This document shows, piece by piece, positions 58,207 through 64,000 of a stretch of DNA of 64,000 bases. The stretch comes from Macrostomum hystrix (Eukaryota > Animalia > Platyhelminthes). Numbering within the stretch: position 1 is the stretch's first letter; the number at the start of each line of letters is the position of its first letter. The notes below the pieces were generated by a model. That model ran no database searches. It saw only the letters and a program-made list of their open reading frames with translations, and was not told the DNA's origin. The translations under genes and the position numbers were made by a program. The stretch covers positions 27,962,001 through 28,026,000 of the forward strand of contig CATNEN010000038.1 in NCBI GenBank assembly GCA_950097015.1, written 5' to 3'.

Positions 58207-61200
58207 TCAGTTAACTAGCAGAAGAGCTTGGTTAATTGTCGACACGATAAACTGCGCCGACTGCACCTGACGATATTGATTGCGGCCTAAACTAGTGTCC
58301 GCCTCACCCAGGACAAGGCAGCTGTGCTCACGACTGCGGCACTCTACAACCAGACCGAATATGCGACTGCCTTTGAGTCTAAAAATCAGTAGATGAACAA
58401 TTTATTGAGGTTTTCTGTTTTTTTTTTAGCTTTACACAATTCGCTCAATGAAGCTATTTTATTCTACTCTACTCTATTCTATTCTATTCTATTCTATTCT
58501 ATTCTATTCTATTCTATTCTATTATATTATATTATATTATATTATATTCTATACTATGCTATTCTATATTCTATTCTATTCTAATATATTATATTATATT
58601 ATATTATATTCTATTCTATTCTACTCTTCTCTATTCTATTCTATTCTGTTCTATACTACTCTATTCTATTCTATTCTATTCTATTCTATTCTATTCTATT
58701 CTATTATATTCTATTCTATTCTATTCTATTCTATTCTATTCTATACTAATCTATTATATTATATTCTATTCTATTCTATTCTATTCTATTCTATTCTATA
58801 CTACTCTATTCTATTCTATTCTATTATATTATATTATATTATATTCTATACTATGCTATTCTATATTCTATTCTATTCTAATATATTATATTATATTATA
58901 TTATATTATATTCTATTCTACTCTTCTCTATACTATTCTATTCTATTCTATACTACTCTATTCTATTCTATTCTATTCTATTCTATTCTATTCTATTCTC
59001 TTCTATTCTATACTACTACATTCTATTCTATTCTATTCTATTATATCAAATGTTATTCTATTCTATTCTATTCTATTCTATTCTATTATATTCTATTCTG
59101 TTCTATTCTATTCTATTCTATTCTATTCTTCTCTATTCTATTCTATTCTATTCTATTCTATTCTATTCTATTCTTTTCTATTCTATTCTATTCTATTCTA
59201 TTCTATTCTATTCTATTCTATTCTATTCTATTCTATTCTATACTACTCTATTCTATTCTATTCTATTCTATTCTATTCTATTGTATTCTATTCTATTCTA
59301 TTCTATTCTATACTACTCTATTATATTATATTCTATTCTGTTCTATTCTATTCTATTCTATTCTATTCTATTCCACTCTCACCGCCGATCCGAGTTGTCC
59401 AGTCCGCAGTGCAGCACGGACGCCAGTGGAAAGTGCTGCCTGAAGCATTGTCTGCGCTGCTGATCAGTTAGTGTGATACCGTCTGGTCCAATTCTGAGCT
59501 GGCAGTTGGACACAGCCGGGGTTGTCTGATTGGCTCCTAGCAGCGAGCTGACAGCTCGGGTGACTGCCTCACTGCCAGTGAGCGACTCGACACCGATTGT
59601 ACCAAAGTAGGCAACCGGAAAAGCTGGCAAAGTGCAATTAGAGGAATATTCTTTCTTGGTGAAAAGTATCCTTTTAAAAAGCTAAATATGTTTAGAAAAC
59701 TTAACCAACGATTTGAGGAAATTGCATGTAGAATTATAGAAAAATTAGCAATTCTAGGAAATATAATATTTTCTTGGAGATTCTTGGAAAAGCGTCTAAG
59801 ATTCTTGGAAAAGCGTCTAAGATTCTTGGAAAGCGCGTCTCAGATTCTTGTAAAAGCGTCTAAGATTCTTGGAAAACGCGTCTAAGATTCTTGGAGAACG
59901 CGTCTAAGATTCTTGGAGAACGCGTCTAAGATTCTTGGAAAACGCGTCTAAGATTCTTGGAAAAGCGTCTAAGATTCTTGGAAAGCGCGTCTAAGATTCT
60001 TGGAGAACGCGTCTAAGATTCTTGGAAAACGCGTCTAAGATTCTTGGAAAACGCGTCTAAGATTCTTGGAAAACGCGTCTAAGTTTCTGGGAAAATTTCG
60101 ATTTGATCCAAAATCCATAACAAAAACACTAAACCGTTGCCATAGTAACCCACTTGAATTCTGTCCACTCAGGTTTGAGCTAAATGAAGCGGTTGACGCC
60201 GATGCAGAAGCCGCCGCAGCCGCAGCCGCTGCGGCAATCTTGTCCGGATCGTCGTACATTCCAGCGTCTACCTCAGCTCCGACGCCGCCTTCAACAGCGG
60301 CACTCTCCGGCAGCCGCAGTAGACAGGGAAGCGCCAGCGTGTCTGTCGCGTGCTGAGCGACAAACGCGGCCAAGCCGGCGAAAGTTGGCTCGGTTGGCGA
60401 GCCGCGAAGCCTCACACCGCCGGCTGTCGGCTCCAGTAGAAAGTGACGAATATTGGACGCTTCGCCGAGATCCGACGATCCAACTGCGGCTTTGGGCGCA
60501 TCGGTGCGAATGGCCAGGCCGAAAGCGCCAGGATAGCTGGTCGAGTCGCGAATCAGAAAACTGCCCGGCTGTGCAGCGCGGAGTAGGTTCACGGCTGCGG
60601 GTGGCAAAGACAATCTTCTGGTTGAGGAGACTTGGGATCGACATTGAGACATTGGGTCAAGCAACATTGGGTCAAGGAACATTGGGTCAAGGAACATTGG
60701 GTCAAGGAACATTGGGTCAAGGAACATTGGGTCAAGGAACATTGGGTCAAGGAACATTGGGTCAAGGAACATTGGGTCCCAAGGAACATTGTGTCATAAA
60801 ACATTGGGTCAAGGAAAATTGGGTTAAGGAACATTGGGTCAAGGAACTTTGGGTCAAGGAGCATTGGGTCATAAAACATTGGGTCAAGGAAAATTGGGTC
60901 AAGGAACATTGGGTCAAGGAACATTGGGTCAAGGAACATTGGGTCAAGGAACATTGGGTCAAGGAACATTGGGTCAAGGAACATTGGGTCAAGGAACATT
61001 GGGTCAAGGAAGTTGGATTCGATAGTTGACTCAAACGCCGACTCACTCTCCTCCCTCGAGATGGCAGGTCTATACCACAGGTGCATGGTGTCCTGTACTT
61101 TATCCGCGTGTTGCTTCGCTAATCTAACAGCAGAACGGTCTAGCTGCTCAATTCTGATTGGCTGCTGCAGCTGTCTTGGTGGACTAATCGTTGTCGCCTT

Positions 61201-63535
61201 CTGGGTTGCAGATCCGTCGCCTGATTGGTCACCGAAATTTGCTGCAAAAATGTTTTCGTAATGTACATAATACTACTCACGTCATCGGATTAGAAGTATA
61301 TATTCTATTCCTTCCTTCCTTCCTTCCTCATTTTTTAAATATCTTTTTAACTCACACTTTCCGTTTCGTGGCATTGTTGCGACTGCTGCAGTTGCTTGTC
61401 GCATACTCGGGCCAGCAAAAGTGCCTAGACTGTGAATTCCCCGACCAATTGGCTGCATGGTGACTGTCTCCACTTCCTGATAGGTTCTGGGTGGCGATGA
61501 TGCTGACACCACTCGCTGCTGGATTGTCTGCGATAAGGTACGAACGGGTGTCAAATTAGATGCAGTGTCTTCTACCCCAGCCTGTCTTCTACCCCAGCCT
61601 GTCTTCTACCCCAGCCTGTCTTCTACCCCAGCCTGTCTTCTACCCCAGCCTGTCTTCTACCCCAGCCTGTCTTCTACCACAGCCTGTCTTCTACCCCAGC
61701 CTGTCTTCTACCCCAGCCTGTCTTCTACCCCAGCCTGTCTTCTTCCCCAGCCTGTCTTCTACCCCAGCTGTCTTCTACCCCAGCTGTCTTCTACCCCAGC
61801 CTGTCTTCTACCCCAGCCTCTCTTCTACCCAAGCCTGTCTTCTACCCCAGCCTGTCTTCTACCACAGCCTGTCTTCTACCCCAGCCTGTCTTCTTCCCCA
61901 GCCTGTCTTCTACCCCAGCCTCTCTTCTACCCAAGCCTGTCTTCTACCACAGCCTGTCTTCTTCCCCAGCCTGTCTTCTACCCCAGCCTGTCTTCTTCCC
62001 CAGCCTGTCTTCTACCCTAGCCTGTCTTCTTCCCCAGCCTGTCTTCTACCCCAGCCTCTCTTCTACTCAAGCCTGTCTTCTACCACAGCCTGTCTTCTTC
62101 CCCAGCCTGTCTTCTACCCCAGCCTGTCTTCTTCCCCAGCCTGTCTTCTACCCCAGCCTGTCTTCTTCCCCAGCCTGTCTTCTTCCCCAGCCTGTCTTCT
62201 TCCCCAGCCTGTCTTCTTCCCCAGCCTGTCTTCTTCCCCAGCCTGTCTTCTACCCCAGCCTGTCTTCTACCCCAGCCTGTCTTCTACCCCAGCCTGTCTT
62301 CTACCCCAGCCTGTCTTCTTCCCCAGCCTGTCTTCTACCCCAGCCTCTCTTCTACCCAAGCCTGTCTTCTACCCCAGCCTGTCTTCTACTCCAGCCTGTC
62401 TTCTACCCCAGCCTGTCTTCTTCCCCAGCCTGTCTTCTACCCCAGCCAGTCTTCTACCCTAGCCTGTCTTCTACACCAGCGTGATGTCTACCCCAGCCTG
62501 TCTTCTACTCCAGCCTGTCTTCTTCCCCAGCCTGTCTTCTACCCCAGCCAGTCTTCTACCCTAGCCTGTCTTCTACACCAGCGTGATGTCTTCCCCAGCA
62601 CTAGAATCATGCGAATGCATGCCATTTGCAATTAAACAACTAAATAAAATTGACTCGATTTAACAAAAAATTTTACTGTTGAAATGAAACCATTCAGCTT
62701 TACAACTAGAAAAAAACTCAAGATTTGACACTTCGGAAATAAATTGTGATACTGAATTAATATGCTGAAAAGGCATGACAAAAAGCTTGAAAAAAATTTT
62801 TTTTTAGTTAAGGGATTGATATCAGCTCACCACTTTAAATTGACAATCCGAGTCAGACTGGACATGAAAATAAAAATTATTGCTGTCAAAGAAAATTCAG
62901 TATGGCAAGAAAGGAAAAACGCTGCATAAAATTCACTTTTCATTCTGAATTGACAAAGTGATTTTTCTTCTAACAACTTATTCTGATATCATTGATTATA
63001 TGTTCCTAACCTCTTCCCCTTCTCCCTCTTCCCCTCTTCCCCTACTCCCTCTTCCCCTCTTCCCCTTCTCCCCTCTTCCCCTTCCCCCTCTTCCCCTTCT
63101 CCCCTTTTACCCTTCTGCCCTCTTCCCCTTCTCCCTCTTCCCCTTCTCCCCTCTTCCCCTTCTCCCTCTTACCATTCTCCCCTCTTCCCCTTCTCCCTCT
63201 TCCCCTTCTCCCCTCTTCCCCTTCTCACTTCTTCCCCTTCTCCCTCTTACCATTCTCCCCTCTTCCCCTTCTCCCCTCTTACCCTTCTCGCCTCTTTCCC
63301 CTTTCCCATCTTCTCCCTTCGTCACATTTTCTTATCTTCTCATCTTCCCCTGTTACTCCTCTTCCCATCTTCCCCTGCTACACCTCTTCCCATCTTTCCC
63401 TGTTACTCATCTTCCCATCTTTCCCGGTCACCCCTCTTCCAATCTTCCCATCTTTTCATTGAGAACTCACGGCGGTTGCTCTCCAATCTTGACGAGGCCA
63501 AAGTCGCTGCTGCTGCTGCTGCTGCTGCTTTGGAA

Positions 63536-63571
<36 letters not shown>

Positions 63572-63591
63572 GGAGCTGCTGGTGCTGCTGG

Positions 63592-63625
<34 letters not shown>

Positions 63626-63628
63626 GGA

Positions 63629-63661
<33 letters not shown>

Positions 63662-63697
63662 GGAGCTGCTGCTGCTGCTGCTGCTGCTGCTTTGGGA

Positions 63698-63730
<33 letters not shown>

Positions 63731-63904
63731 GGAGCTGCTGGTGCTGCTGCTGCTGCTTTAGGAGCTGCTGCTGCTGCTGCTGTTGCTGCTTTGGGAGCTG
63801 CTGGTGCTGCTGCACTCTAGTCTTGGTGGCGAACATCTGGGCTTGCAGCTCCTGCAGTCGGCGCTCCAGTAGATCACGTGATTTGGCCAGATTTTCTTGC
63901 TCCT
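58207..63904 (-). CDS. TNS: Tensin-like SH2-PTB protein, 3' exons: 63904-63471, 61527-61356, 61241-61047, 60594-60154, 59623-59383, 58378-58207; 5' part lies beyond the window
   Basis: WYRPAISREE/VNLLRAAQPGSFLIRDS..PGAFGLA (tensin SH2); ESLTGSEAV...GITLTDQQRR and IFGLV...C.V (PTB); all five introns are GT-AG and phase-compatible by hand. Confidence 0.88.
58455..59373. repeat. (TATTC/TATTA)n microsatellite in a tensin intron
   Basis: Read directly. Confidence 0.96.
59775..60083. repeat. 21-22-bp minisatellite in a tensin intron
   Basis: Same unit as 47060-48050. Confidence 0.94.
60648..61010. repeat. 15-bp minisatellite (AAGGAACATTGGGTC)n in a tensin intron
   Basis: Read directly. Confidence 0.95.
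61567..62597. repeat. 17-bp minisatellite (CCCCAGCCTGTCTTCTA)n in a tensin intron
   Basis: Read directly. Confidence 0.96.
63010..63455. repeat. Polypyrimidine (CT-rich) low-complexity tract
   Basis: Read directly. Confidence 0.9.
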
Positions 63905-64000
63905 CTAAACAGACGAGAAATCGATATTATCCATGTCATAACTATGTTATAAATAGTTCAAATTTTGACATTCTCTCACCGAACTGCTCGCTAAATCGTC

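Noticed and set aside
60035-60772. Stand-alone 245-aa SH2 protein starting with MFLDP repeats
   Set aside because: The N-terminus is intronic satellite; the SH2 part is an internal tensin exon (60594-60154).

Overview
Eukaryotic (invertebrate animal) genomic DNA, very rich in minisatellites and rearrangements; the style fits a flatworm such as Macrostomum, but that is inference only. Left to right: (1) a palindrome of 12 kb or more with a 65-bp spacer (6654-6718), carrying four intronless secreted two-domain Kazal protease-inhibitor genes, plus a fifth paralogue just outside it. (2) A direct/inverted/direct triplication (about 15.6-31.4 kb) with three copies of an intronless gene of unknown function, a hAT MITE and a truncated Gypsy element. 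(3) A nest of decayed elements: hAT end, Crypton-type tyrosine recombinase split by a SINE, Gypsy RNase H fragment, second Gypsy. (4) Three single-cysteine-rich-domain membrane proteins resembling BCMA/TACI-type TNF receptors. (5) A tandem segmental duplication with two more, RGG-rich, members of the unknown family and an Ingi-like LINE that has a 2A peptide and a nested solo LTR. (6) The last six coding exons of a tensin-like SH2-PTB gene on the minus strand. The best candidate for an undescribed system is the five-copy family: a variable Arg/Gly-rich N-terminus plus a ~370-aa domain whose motif order resembles a CYTH/triphosphate-tunnel fold lacking the catalytic glutamates. It sits between expanded Kazal and TNFR-like clusters, which may form a defence locus. 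All homology calls are by eye; no searches were run.
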